Shown here: in pieces, positions 9,251 to 19,351 of the stretch
How positions within the stretch are numbered: position 1 is the stretch's first letter
Layout of the letters: the number at the start of each line of letters is the position of its first letter
Origin: an uncultured Bacteroidaceae bacterium
GTDB taxonomy: Bacteria > Bacillota > Clostridia > Christensenellales > CAG-917
DNA length: 64,000 nt
Assembly: GCA_964604875.1 (NCBI GenBank)
Contig: CAZSAC010000002.1
Span: 2,813 to 66,812, forward strand
Direction of reading: 5' to 3'
Made by a program: the position numbers and the translations under genes
Notes under the pieces: generated by a model
The model's input: the letters and a program-made list of their open reading frames with translations, nothing else
The model's database searches: none
What the model was told of the DNA's origin: nothing

Positions 9251-10213
9251 TTAATTATCGTGGTTTAAGTTTTCGTCCTGCAAATCGATTCTGTCAATAA
9301 TCGGCGCAGTATTTACAATGGTATTTGCGTCAATATAATACCGTTGTTTTTTGCTGCCGTAATAACATACCAATTCTAAAATTCTTACAAAAGTTAATCC
9401 CATCGCCACCAAAACTATTGTGGCGACGCCAAAAGTAGGCAGAGTCAATGCGGTGGACAAACAATACACAACAAACAGCGTTACACATAGCGCGCCAAAG
9501 AATGTTTTATAATAACTTTGTGTAATTGCCCAGCTTTTCTTCAACGCCTTGAAGAAGCTTTTTTCGCCCTCAATTATCATAACAGGCAAGACGCCTGCAA
9601 ACAGCGTAATTCTTGCAGAAAACAAGCCTATCGCGATTAACAACCCGAAAATTAAGGAAAATACCGATAACGCGCCAATTGTAATGGATAAAAAATTGAC
9701 AACTAAAAATATGATAATTAAGTCGATAGGAACTGTTATAGCCGTGTAACACAGGCTATATTTAAGCGAATTTTTGATTTCTTTCACCATACAGCTTATA
9801 AATCCATAATTCATATTACTGCTCATAAAGCTGTTTTGAATATCAGTAATAATCGGGTACGAAGTTGAAATAGCAAAACGAATTAAAAACGTCATCACAA
9901 TAATAAGCGTCCAAAATGCAAAAGGTACTTTTGAAGAATTTATAAGCAAAACAAAGCTCTCATAGCACCCTTTCATTGCTTCAATAAACGCCTTAATAGT
10001 GATTTCGCCTTCCAATAGTGACTTTGTAGCCGCATTTGCCATTGCAAAAATTTCTTCTCCTTCGATGCTGGAAAAAAGATTTTTTACCATCGGGACAAAT
10101 ATGCCGATACCTATAGAAATCATTATCGTCATGCTAATAAAAACATAGACAATCAAGCGATATGTTATGTTAAACTTTGACATTAAAATGCTGAGCGAAT
10201 TTTTTAATTCCAT
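9251..10213 (-). CDS. Multi-pass membrane protein, unknown function
   Basis: 320 aa with about 6-7 hydrophobic segments. I recognise no motif. Confidence 0.6.
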   Translation of the reverse strand: MELKNSLSILMSKFNITYRLIVYVFISMTIMISIGIGIFVPMVKNLFSSIEGEEIFAMANAATKSLLEGEITIKAFIEAMKGCYESFVLLINSSKVPFAFWTLIIVMTFLIRFAISTSYPIITDIQNSFMSSNMNYGFISCMVKEIKNSLKYSLCYTAITVPIDLIIIFLVVNFLSITIGALSVFSLIFGLLIAIGLFSARITLFAGVLPVMIIEGEKSFFKALKKSWAITQSYYKTFFGALCVTLFVVYCLSTALTLPTFGVATIVLVAMGLTFVRILELVCYYGSKKQRYYIDANTIVNTAPIIDRIDLQDENLNHDN

Positions 10214-10220
10214 TTTGACC

Positions 10221-11066
10221 TCAATACGACTTTATTTTCCAAATGTCAACTTTTTTCAAGTCTTCCCTTTCAAGCCCGTTGACATCAAAATAAAGCGTGT
10301 ACATTAAAATAATATAGTAAACTATCGAAATTGCTATGGTAACTGAATCGAAAAACGGCGCAAAACCAGCCCCGATAAACGCCACTATTACCATAATTAT
10401 AAAAGCCGGAACCGTTGGGATAAGCAACGCTAAAACCACTTCAAAGAAATGGTCTTTAGTTTGGCGTACCGCCAGCTCAAAGGCTTTTGATGACGTAAGC
10501 CCCGTATGAAGCATCGTTGGCACCCAAAGTATAATTAGCGCCAAAACACATATCTCCAAAATTGCCATAACCAAATACCAAATGATACTTAAAGCAAATG
10601 CCGCAGTATGCTCAAACAATTTTGCCAACAGCAAGAAAACCGCCGCTTGTAAAAATTTATCCAGCACAAAAATAACAAACAGTATCGATGCAAAAATCAA
10701 AGCCGTTCTAAAATTAAAATTCAATCGAGAAGTTAAGCGGCTTAATCCCAAATTAAACTCACCTATCCTCATATGTCTTTCCACCGCGCCCATAATAACG
10801 CTCAACAGCGCAGGGATAAAAATAAAACCAAATAAACTTATCCAGCTTGCGCGAGTTAACCCAAACACACTTAAAAATACGGTTGCAAAAGATGAAAAGT
10901 CCTGACTACCATAAGTGCGTAAAAAATGCAAAGAGGAGTACGGCGATATTGAAAAAGATATCATTATCGATGGAATAATCGCCAAAAGAAGCAATGATAA
11001 AAACCGTGAATTTGTATAATTCAAAGTTAATTTGACTATTTTAAGTTTATTCGTCTTAAAAGACAT
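10221..11066 (-). CDS. Multi-pass membrane protein, unknown function
   Basis: 281 aa with about 6 hydrophobic segments. Only 7 nt from the downstream membrane-protein gene. Confidence 0.6.
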   Translation of the reverse strand: MSFKTNKLKIVKLTLNYTNSRFLSLLLLAIIPSIMISFSISPYSSLHFLRTYGSQDFSSFATVFLSVFGLTRASWISLFGFIFIPALLSVIMGAVERHMRIGEFNLGLSRLTSRLNFNFRTALIFASILFVIFVLDKFLQAAVFLLLAKLFEHTAAFALSIIWYLVMAILEICVLALIILWVPTMLHTGLTSSKAFELAVRQTKDHFFEVVLALLIPTVPAFIIMVIVAFIGAGFAPFFDSVTIAISIVYYIILMYTLYFDVNGLEREDLKKVDIWKIKSY

Positions 11067-11165
11067 TCTTACCTCGATACTAATTTAGTTGCATTAAATT
11101 CTTAACTATTATACTATAGAAAGAAAACAAAAGCAACTTTTTGAAAAATCAATTAGAGAAAAACT

Positions 11166-12014
11166 ATGTTATGTAATTTATGTCCAAATAACTGCAATAT
11201 TAACCGTTCAACAGCCTTGGGAAAATGTCAAATCGACGACAAAATTTATGTTGCAAAATACGGACTTCATTTTTGGGAAGAGCCGGTTATAAGCGGAGAA
11301 AAAGGCTCGGGGACAATTTTTTTTGAAGGCTGTACTATGCGTTGCGTTTTTTGTCAAAATCACAAGATAAGCAGATTGCCAAAAAGTCAGCCAATCACGC
11401 CTCAACAGTTGTCGGATATTTTTAGGCAACTGGAAAGTCAAGCGCATAATATCAATCTCGTTAGCCCTACCCCGTATGTATATGATATAAAAAAAGCGTT
11501 GGATATTTATAAGCCGAAAACTCCGATAATTTATAATTCCAGCGGATATGAAAACCTTGAAACAATAAAGCAGCTAAACGGCTATATTGACGTATATTTG
11601 CCCGACCTCAAATACGCCGATGACGACGTTGCTTTGACTTTATCCAAAAGAAAACCATATTTAAACTATGCTTTAAATGCAATTGAGGAAATGTGTTGTC
11701 AAGTCGGACAACCTAAAATTGTTGACGGATTAATAAAAAAAGGCGTCATAGTGAGACACCTTGTTATTCCATCATATATACAAAATTCTTTAGACGTTTT
11801 AAAGCTTTTTTCAAAAAATTTTAAAGACAAGGCTATGCTCTCTTTGATGAGCCAATACACCCCGCAAAACGTGGAAAAAATTCCGCAAATAAATCGACCG
11901 CTGACTGCGCTAGAGTACAAAAGAGTTTTGTTAGAGTTAGAAAAACTTGATATAACCCAAGGCTTTATTCAAGAGCATTCCAGCGCCTCAACGTGTTATA
12001 TCCCCGATTTTTAA
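11166..12014 (+). CDS. Radical SAM protein (PflX / pyruvate formate-lyase activase-like)
   Basis: CTMRCVFCQN is a CxxxCxxC cluster. There is an additional N-terminal Cys cluster (CNLCPNNCN...C). Confidence 0.8.
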   Translation: MLCNLCPNNCNINRSTALGKCQIDDKIYVAKYGLHFWEEPVISGEKGSGTIFFEGCTMRCVFCQNHKISRLPKSQPITPQQLSDIFRQLESQAHNINLVSPTPYVYDIKKALDIYKPKTPIIYNSSGYENLETIKQLNGYIDVYLPDLKYADDDVALTLSKRKPYLNYALNAIEEMCCQVGQPKIVDGLIKKGVIVRHLVIPSYIQNSLDVLKLFSKNFKDKAMLSLMSQYTPQNVEKIPQINRPLTALEYKRVLLELEKLDITQGFIQEHSSASTCYIPDF

Positions 12015-12047
12015 AACAAAAAACCCGCAAAATATGCGGGTTATTTA
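12014..12047. terminator. Bidirectional terminator between the radical SAM gene and valS
   Basis: Stem cccgca/tgcggg (12024-12029 and 12035-12040), flanked by an A-run and a T-rich run. Confidence 0.6.
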
Positions 12048-14678
12048 TTATGCCAGTTCGGTTATTCTTTCTTCAAGTTTTGCTTTCAGTTCTTTGTTTT
12101 TTGAGAGCTTTTCTTGTTCCTTATCAATAAGTTGTTTGGGAGCTTTTGCTATAAAACCTTGGTTTTTAAGCATTTTTTCGCCTCTTTCGATTTCTGCGAC
12201 AACGGCTTCCAGCTCCTTATTTAACCTGCCAATTTCTTTTTCGGCGTCAATAAGTTCTCCCAACGGAATGAAAACCTCTGCGTATTCGGTAACTAAAACT
12301 GAAAGTTTTGCCTCATCAGGTTTCTCGTCCACAATGACCATTTCGGATATACCTGCCAATTTTTCGAAATATAGCCCGAGTTTTTTTAAGGTTTCAACGC
12401 TTTTATTCGCCTTGATATAAATTTTTATCCGCTTAGAAGGAATAACGCCCATTTCGGAACGCAGGTTTCTTATTGCTTTAATTACGCTCATTGCGCCCTC
12501 AAAGCTTTCACGTTCGGCGCGGTAATTAAATTTTCTGTTATAGGACGGCCATTCCTGCACCATCAAAGCCGATTGCCTTTTATGCGTCGGAGAAGCTTGG
12601 AAAATTTCTTCTGTTACAAACGGAATAATCGGATGTAATAGACGTAAAACTGTGTTAAGTACATAGTTTAAAACCGAAACAGTCGCAACCTTTGCCCTTT
12701 CGTCCGTTCCATATAGTGACGGCTTAGACGCTTCAATATACCAATCGCAAAAGTCTGTCCAAACAAAGTCGTACAGCTTTGACGACGCTAAACCAATTTC
12801 GTATTTGTTTAGGTTTATAGACACTTCTTTTACCACGTTATTGAGCTTTGACATAATCCACTTGTCGGCAAAGCTTAGGCGGATTTCCGAAACATCTTTG
12901 ACGGATTTTTTGTCACTGTTCATAAACACAAAGCGACTTGCATTCCACAATTTGTTTATAAAGTTTCTCGAGGACTCCACCTTTTCTTCAATAAAGCGGG
13001 TATCGCTGCCCGGCGCAACGCCGGTCGCCAAAGAAAACCTTAGCGCGTCGGCGCCGTATTTGTCGATGATTTCCAAAGGGTCAATGCCGTTATTAAGCGA
13101 CTTGCTCATTTTTCTACCCTGAGCGTCACGAACAATGCCGTGTATCAAAACCTCTGAAAACGGCACTTCGTTCATATTTTCGATACCGCTGAAAATCATC
13201 CTCGCAACCCAGAAAAAGATTATGTCATACGCCGTAACAAGAACGTTGGTGGGATAAAAATATTTTAAATCCTCTGTTATGTTGGGATACCCAAAAGTTG
13301 AAAACGGCCATAGCGCGCTTGAGAACCAAGTATCCAAAACGTCCTCGTCTTGTTTAAAATGTTCACATCCGCATTTTGGGCATTTCGACGGCATATCCTT
13401 TGCAACAACCATTTCTCCGCAATCTTGGCAATAATACGCCGGGATACGGTGTCCCCACCAAAGCTGACGGGATATACACCAATCCTTAATATTTTCCATC
13501 CAGTTGAAATATATCTTTTCAAAACGGGAAGGAATAAACTCAATTTTCTTGCTTCTAACTGCTTTAATCGCAGGTTTAGCCAAAGGTTTCATTGATACAA
13601 ACCATTGTTTTGATACAATCGGCTCAACAACGCTCTTACAACGATAGCACTCGCCTACGTTATGCGTATAAGGCTCAATTTTTTCCACAAGCCCCAAAGC
13701 CTGCATATCGCTTACAATTTTATCCCTTGCTTCGTCACGATATAAACCCTTATATTCGCCTGCGTTCTCATTCATATAGCCGGCGTCGTCCATAACCCTA
13801 ATCACTTGTAAATTATGTCTTAAGCCAACCTCAAAGTCATTGGGGTCGTGCGCAGGAGTGATTTTTACGGCGCCCGTACCAAAACCGATTTCGCAATATT
13901 CGTCGGCAATCAAGGGAATCTCTCTGTTTACCAAAGGCAAAATTAGGGTTGTCCCAATCAAATCCTTATATCTTTCATCGTTGGGGTTGACAGCAACTGC
14001 AGTATCGCCAAGTAACGTCTCGGGGCGAGTCGTCGCAATGATAATATATTTGTCGCTGTTTTTAATCGGATAACGGAAATGCCATAAAAAGCCTTCCTTT
14101 TCAGTATACTCAACTTCTGCGTCAGATATAGCCGTTTGGCAACCCGGACACCAGTTTATAATCCTATCCCCGCGGTAAATTAAACCCTTTTCGTAAAGCT
14201 TAATGAATACGTCAAGTACGGCTCGGCTTAAGTTATCATCCATTGTGAAAGCTTGTCGAGACCAATCGCACGAGGCGCCCAGACGCTTTTGCTGTTCAAC
14301 AATTCGTCCGCCGTATTGATGCGTCCAATCCCAAGCTCTCTCCAAAAAACCCTCTCTGCCGACGTCGTTTTTCGTGAGCCCTTCTTTTTTCATTTTATCT
14401 ACAACTTTCATCTCGGTTGCAATGCTTGCGTGGTCGGTGCCGGGAAGCCATAACGCTTCATACCCGTCCATACGCTTGAACCTGATAATTATATCTTGAA
14501 CGGTATTATCCAAAGCATGCCCCATATGCAGTTGTCCGGTAACATTCGGCGGGGGCATTAAAATTGTAAAAGGCTCTTTCTTCTTATTGGGGTAAGCCTC
14601 AAAATATTTGTTTTTCATCCAAAAGTCGTAAATTTTCTGTTCAAAATTCGACGGTTGGTAGGTTTTTTCCATTTCCAT
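12048..14678 (-). CDS. valS: Valine--tRNA ligase
   Basis: 876 aa. HIGH-type motif (PPPNVTGQLHMGHA), KMSKS, and a C-terminal coiled coil. Confidence 0.95.
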   Translation of the reverse strand: MEMEKTYQPSNFEQKIYDFWMKNKYFEAYPNKKKEPFTILMPPPNVTGQLHMGHALDNTVQDIIIRFKRMDGYEALWLPGTDHASIATEMKVVDKMKKEGLTKNDVGREGFLERAWDWTHQYGGRIVEQQKRLGASCDWSRQAFTMDDNLSRAVLDVFIKLYEKGLIYRGDRIINWCPGCQTAISDAEVEYTEKEGFLWHFRYPIKNSDKYIIIATTRPETLLGDTAVAVNPNDERYKDLIGTTLILPLVNREIPLIADEYCEIGFGTGAVKITPAHDPNDFEVGLRHNLQVIRVMDDAGYMNENAGEYKGLYRDEARDKIVSDMQALGLVEKIEPYTHNVGECYRCKSVVEPIVSKQWFVSMKPLAKPAIKAVRSKKIEFIPSRFEKIYFNWMENIKDWCISRQLWWGHRIPAYYCQDCGEMVVAKDMPSKCPKCGCEHFKQDEDVLDTWFSSALWPFSTFGYPNITEDLKYFYPTNVLVTAYDIIFFWVARMIFSGIENMNEVPFSEVLIHGIVRDAQGRKMSKSLNNGIDPLEIIDKYGADALRFSLATGVAPGSDTRFIEEKVESSRNFINKLWNASRFVFMNSDKKSVKDVSEIRLSFADKWIMSKLNNVVKEVSINLNKYEIGLASSKLYDFVWTDFCDWYIEASKPSLYGTDERAKVATVSVLNYVLNTVLRLLHPIIPFVTEEIFQASPTHKRQSALMVQEWPSYNRKFNYRAERESFEGAMSVIKAIRNLRSEMGVIPSKRIKIYIKANKSVETLKKLGLYFEKLAGISEMVIVDEKPDEAKLSVLVTEYAEVFIPLGELIDAEKEIGRLNKELEAVVAEIERGEKMLKNQGFIAKAPKQLIDKEQEKLSKNKELKAKLEERITELA

Positions 14679-14702
14679 AAGAACTATCCTCTATCTAAAA
14701 AT

Positions 14703-15407
14703 TTATTCTTTATCTGTCGTATCCAAATTTGCGTCCAAAATTTTTCTGCCGTATTTATCAACTTTTCCAGCCGCAAAGTCAATGTTAAATTGCTTCAAAG
14801 ATTTTAACATAATGACAAAATAAGTTATCATTGCGTAAATTGCCAAAACACACCCTATCGCCGTCAAAATCCAGTCAATGCTCATTTCGACGCCAGCGCT
14901 GACTCCAAACGTCCACCAAGAGCAAAGCAGTTTATGGAAAAACGCCGCAATAACACCTAGCGATAAGAATAACGATGCGATTTTCCCTGCAAAAACAGCT
15001 TGAATAACAATTTGTTTTTTTATTAAAATTGGAGCAAGGCATATCATCAAAATTTCTTTTACCGCAACAATTACGATAAAATACCAAGGCAAATACATAA
15101 TTATGGTCAAGCAAAGCATTGCTGAAATATGCATAAGCTTGTCTGCCAACGGGTCAAATACCTTGCCAATATCCGAAATCATATGGTATTTGCGCGCAAT
15201 TTTCCCGTCAACCATATCCGACGCGGCGGCGATTGCAAAAACTGCCAAAGCCCAATATATCAAATTGATTTTATCCTGCAAGCCACCCACCAAACATAGC
15301 GCGACAAACACAGGAATACAAAGCATACGAAAATATGTAATTACATTTGGAATAAGCCAAATATCTTCTTTTTTAAAGACATATTTGCCGCTGTTGTTAT
15401 CTTCCAT
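14703..15407 (-). CDS. CDP-alcohol phosphatidyltransferase family protein (PgsA-like)
   Basis: DMVDGKIARKYHMISDIGKVFDPLADK matches D-x2-DG-x2-AR-x8-G-x3-D-x3-D. Multi-pass membrane protein, 24 nt upstream of valS. Confidence 0.8.
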   Translation of the reverse strand: MEDNNSGKYVFKKEDIWLIPNVITYFRMLCIPVFVALCLVGGLQDKINLIYWALAVFAIAAASDMVDGKIARKYHMISDIGKVFDPLADKLMHISAMLCLTIIMYLPWYFIVIVAVKEILMICLAPILIKKQIVIQAVFAGKIASLFLSLGVIAAFFHKLLCSWWTFGVSAGVEMSIDWILTAIGCVLAIYAMITYFVIMLKSLKQFNIDFAAGKVDKYGRKILDANLDTTDKE

Positions 15408-15546
15408 AAATACTCCATAGTCTAATTTTTTTTAATTATAACACAATAAACTATTTGAGTAAACTTTTTTATCAATTAAAAGGATTTATAATTATAAATA
15501 ATTTGCAAATCTTTTTTTTCGTGTTATTCTATAAAAAGGTGATGTT

Positions 15547-16800
15547 ATGCTTATAGTTTTAATTGTAATTTATATCGCTTTTATTTCGTTAGGTCTGCCT
15601 GATTCTTTATTTGGAACGGCGTGGCCGCTTATGCACGTGGAATTTGGGATTGCCCAAGGCTTTGCCTCAATATACACTATCATATGTTCAAGCGGAACGG
15701 CATTTACCAGTTTTTTCACAGGGAAACTTATAAGAAAGTTCGGCACGGGTTGGGTTACTTTTATATCAGTGCTTTTAACCGCAATTGGTCTAGTGGGAAT
15801 TAGTTATGCTCCCAGTCTTTGGGCGATGATACCCTTTTCAATTATTATGGGTATAGGCGCAGGAGCGGTGGACTCAGGCTTAAACAATTTTGTATCATTG
15901 CACTATAAGCCTTGGCATATGAGCTGGCTTCATTGCTTTTGGGGCGTTGGAGTTACTGTTAGCCCGCTGATTATGGCGTATTTTTTAAAAGATTCGAATT
16001 GGAGAGGAGGCTATAGCACCGTTGGTATTATCCAGTTTTGTATTGTTGCGGTGATTTTCTTATCCTTACCGTTATGGAAAAAAATTGAAAAAAAGAATAC
16101 TGTCGAAAATTTAGACATTACTGTCAAAGATACGGAAATTGTCAACGAAATTCCTTCAACAAATTTAAATGATTTAGACGAAACTGTTGTAGAAAAAACT
16201 AAAGATTTAAGCATAATCTCCATTATAAAATCCAAAGGCGTATTTTTGGCTATGCTGGCGCTTGGGTTATATTGCGCAATGGAGTTCACCTTCGGGTTGT
16301 GGGGAGCAAGCTATTTAATCAATACTAACACGGTTTCTTCCCCTGCCGCGGCGGCTAATTGGGTTTCGTTTTATTTCGGCGGAATAATGGTCGGAAGATT
16401 TATCACCGGTTTTTTAACTATGAAATTTTCTGATAAGACCTTGATTTTGGGCGGCGTAGTTTTTGCTGTTTTGGGAGGATTATTCTTGCTTATTCCGAAC
16501 AACTCGGTTGCCCCGGTCGGTTTAGTTTTAATCGGCATTGGATTTGGACCAATATTTCCCTGCTCCATTCACGCCACTGCTCACCGCTTTGGCGCAAAGT
16601 ACTCTGCCGATATTACCGGCTTTCAGATGTTTTTTGCCTATTTTTTAGGTTTTATTATTCAAACCTCTTTCGGTTTTATCGCCTCTGCCACAACTTTTAA
16701 ACTTCTGCCTTACCTTCTATTTGTTTTAAGTATATTGCTTTTCTTAGTGGAAATGCTTTTAAATAAAGTTTCAGCTGATTCCGCCGCTCACATTAAGTAA
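15547..16800 (+). CDS. MFS transporter
   Basis: 417 aa with about 12 TM segments and a central hydrophilic loop. AAGGTGA ribosome-binding site. Confidence 0.8.
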   Translation: MLIVLIVIYIAFISLGLPDSLFGTAWPLMHVEFGIAQGFASIYTIICSSGTAFTSFFTGKLIRKFGTGWVTFISVLLTAIGLVGISYAPSLWAMIPFSIIMGIGAGAVDSGLNNFVSLHYKPWHMSWLHCFWGVGVTVSPLIMAYFLKDSNWRGGYSTVGIIQFCIVAVIFLSLPLWKKIEKKNTVENLDITVKDTEIVNEIPSTNLNDLDETVVEKTKDLSIISIIKSKGVFLAMLALGLYCAMEFTFGLWGASYLINTNTVSSPAAAANWVSFYFGGIMVGRFITGFLTMKFSDKTLILGGVVFAVLGGLFLLIPNNSVAPVGLVLIGIGFGPIFPCSIHATAHRFGAKYSADITGFQMFFAYFLGFIIQTSFGFIASATTFKLLPYLLFVLSILLFLVEMLLNKVSADSAAHIK

Positions 16801-16873
16801 ACAATCATTTGCCAAACTTAACATTATATGTTAAAATATTCTCAAACAATTTAATTTTATTTTGGAGGATTAT

Positions 16874-19297
16874 ATGGATATAAAAAAGCTTTTATCAGAG
16901 CTTACCTTAGAAGAAAAAGCCTCGTTATGTAGCGGCTTGACTTTTTGGCAAACAAAACCGATTGAGAGGCTGAATATTCCTTCTGTGCGTATGACCGATG
17001 GTCCTCACGGCTTAAGAAACGAGATGGACACAAAAGGCGGCATAACCAACGTCTTAAAAGGAAGCTATCCGTCAACATGTTTTCCGCCAGCCGTTACCAC
17101 CGCAAGCTCTTGGGATAGAGACTTGTTATTTGATATCGGCAAAGCTATCGGTGAGGAAGCTGTTGACCAAGGCGTGTCCACAGTTTTAGGACCGGGCACA
17201 AACATCAAACGTTCCCCCCTATGCGGAAGAAATTTTGAATATTTTTCTGAAGACCCTTATCTTTCGGGCGAATGCGCAACCAATTTCGTAAAAGGCGTGC
17301 AAAGCACTAAGGTTGACTGTTCTCTAAAACACTATTGCGCCAATAATCAAGAGTTTAATCGTATGTCTATTGACACGGTTGTTGACGAACGCGCGCTTAG
17401 AGAAATATATCTTCCTGCTTTTGAAAACACCGTAAAACGCTCTCAACCGTCCCAAATTATGTGCAGTTATAACAGAGTAAACGGCACTTATTTGTCCGAC
17501 AACAAAAAACTATTGACCGATATCCTGCGTAAAGAATGGGGCTTTGAAGGGATTGTTGTCAGCGACTGGGGCGCAGTAAACGATAGAATCGAAGGTATTT
17601 TAGCCGGTATGGATTTGGAAATGCCCGGAAACGGCGGTATGAATGATAGGCTTATAATTAAAGCCGTAAAAGACGGCAAAATTTCCGAAGCTGACTTGGA
17701 TATCGTTGTTGAACGCTTGCTTAAATATATTGACCAAAGCGCAAAGGCTGTCAATAAGGATTACAAGTGCGACTATGACGCGCATTACCAGCTTGCCAGA
17801 AAAGCAGCGGCTTACGGCGCGGTTTTATTGAAAAACGACAGCAACGCTTTGCCCTTTAAAAAAGAAGGGAAACTTACTTTAATCGGAAATCTTGCCGAAC
17901 ATCCCAGATATCAAGGTTCGGGAAGCAGCTTGATTAATCCTTATAAACTTGTCAGCATTTTAGAAGCGGCAAAACAACGTAATATTGATGTTGAATTTGC
18001 GCCCGGCTATTCTTTAGACGGCGACGGCTATAACGAAAAACTTTTAAAGCAAGCTGTTGAGCTTGCAAAAGATAAAGAAAAAGTGGTTGTTGTAATTGGC
18101 TTGACGGATTCATATGAAAGCGAAGGTTATGACAGAAGCCATATGGATCTCCCCTTGGGACACAATAAATTGGTGGAAGAAATTATTGCGGTTAACCCAA
18201 ATGCAGTTATCCTATTTGTCGGAGGCTCGCCTGTCACCTTCCCTTGGCTCAGAAAAGTACCCGCTTTATTAAACCTATATTTGGGCGGTGAAGCCGGTGG
18301 AGACGCCGCTTTGGATTTGATTTTCGGCGATGTAAATCCTTGCGGAAAATTGGCGGAAACCTTCCCCAAACATTTAATCGATAATATTTCCTCTGCATAT
18401 TTTCCTATGGGGCCAAAAACCGTTCAATACCGCGAAAGCGTTTACGTAGGATACAGATATTTCGATTCCGCAAAAAAAGCGGTTAGATTCCCCTTTGGGT
18501 TTGGACTGTCTTACACAAAGTTTGAGTATTCCAACCTAAAGCTCTCATCAACAAACATTTCCGAAAACGACGTTTTGACCGTTTCTTTTGACGTTAAAAA
18601 TATTGGCGACAAAGACGGCGCAGAGGTTGCTCAAGTTTATGTCAGCGATAAACACTCTGCAATTTTCCGCCCCGAAAAAGAACTTAAGGGTTTTGAAAAA
18701 GTTTTTCTTAAGCCCGACGAAAGCAAAACAATCAGCGTAAAGCTTGACCGCCGCTCTTTTGCATACTGGAATACGGATATTTCCGATTGGTTTATAGAAA
18801 GCGGAGAATTTATTGTTTCCGTTGGCGCATCTAGTCGGGACGTAACTCTTACAGCAACCGTAAACGTTATCTCTGCTAAAACAGATGTCACTGCGCCCGA
18901 TTATCATATTTCTTGCCCCGCTTACTACAATATTGGGGAAATTGACGCCATTCCGCAAGAACAATTTGAAGCGTTATACGGCGCAAAGCTTCCGGATAAT
19001 TCTCCTTACAAGCGTGGCGAATATAATATAAACTCCACTCTTACAGACGTTTCGGGCTCAAGATTGGGAAGATTCTTACTAAAAATTATTTCTTTCGGCG
19101 CAAAAATCGTTGTCAAAGGCGCACAGAATAAGGCTATGGTACAAAATTCAATCGCCAGTATGCCGATTCGTTCTTTCAGCGGATTTACAGGCGGAGTTAT
19201 TTCTATGATGTCAGCCCAAGGTCTTGTAGATATGATGAACAAAACCAAAGGCGGAGGCAAAAAGTTTATAAAAGGCTTTAAGAAAGAAAACAAATAA
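16874..19297 (+). CDS. Glycoside hydrolase family 3 beta-glucosidase (BglX-like)
   Basis: GH3 N- and C-terminal domains, including VVSDWGA (nucleophile Asp), and an Fn3-like domain. The start is trimmed to ATG 16874 after GGAGGA; the track start 16862 is a TTG inside the ribosome-binding site. Confidence 0.88.
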   Translation: MDIKKLLSELTLEEKASLCSGLTFWQTKPIERLNIPSVRMTDGPHGLRNEMDTKGGITNVLKGSYPSTCFPPAVTTASSWDRDLLFDIGKAIGEEAVDQGVSTVLGPGTNIKRSPLCGRNFEYFSEDPYLSGECATNFVKGVQSTKVDCSLKHYCANNQEFNRMSIDTVVDERALREIYLPAFENTVKRSQPSQIMCSYNRVNGTYLSDNKKLLTDILRKEWGFEGIVVSDWGAVNDRIEGILAGMDLEMPGNGGMNDRLIIKAVKDGKISEADLDIVVERLLKYIDQSAKAVNKDYKCDYDAHYQLARKAAAYGAVLLKNDSNALPFKKEGKLTLIGNLAEHPRYQGSGSSLINPYKLVSILEAAKQRNIDVEFAPGYSLDGDGYNEKLLKQAVELAKDKEKVVVVIGLTDSYESEGYDRSHMDLPLGHNKLVEEIIAVNPNAVILFVGGSPVTFPWLRKVPALLNLYLGGEAGGDAALDLIFGDVNPCGKLAETFPKHLIDNISSAYFPMGPKTVQYRESVYVGYRYFDSAKKAVRFPFGFGLSYTKFEYSNLKLSSTNISENDVLTVSFDVKNIGDKDGAEVAQVYVSDKHSAIFRPEKELKGFEKVFLKPDESKTISVKLDRRSFAYWNTDISDWFIESGEFIVSVGASSRDVTLTATVNVISAKTDVTAPDYHISCPAYYNIGEIDAIPQEQFEALYGAKLPDNSPYKRGEYNINSTLTDVSGSRLGRFLLKIISFGAKIVVKGAQNKAMVQNSIASMPIRSFSGFTGGVISMMSAQGLVDMMNKTKGGGKKFIKGFKKENK

Positions 19298-19303
19298 AAT
19301 TTA

Positions 19304-19344
19304 TAAAAAAACCGCCCTCGATTTTTCGAGGGCGTTGTTTTATT
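19304..19344. terminator. Bidirectional terminator between the GH3 gene and nnr
   Basis: 9-bp stem cgccctcga/tcgagggcg (19313-19321 and 19326-19334) with a tttt loop, flanked by A- and T-runs. Confidence 0.7.
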
Positions 19345-19351
19345 CTATTAG

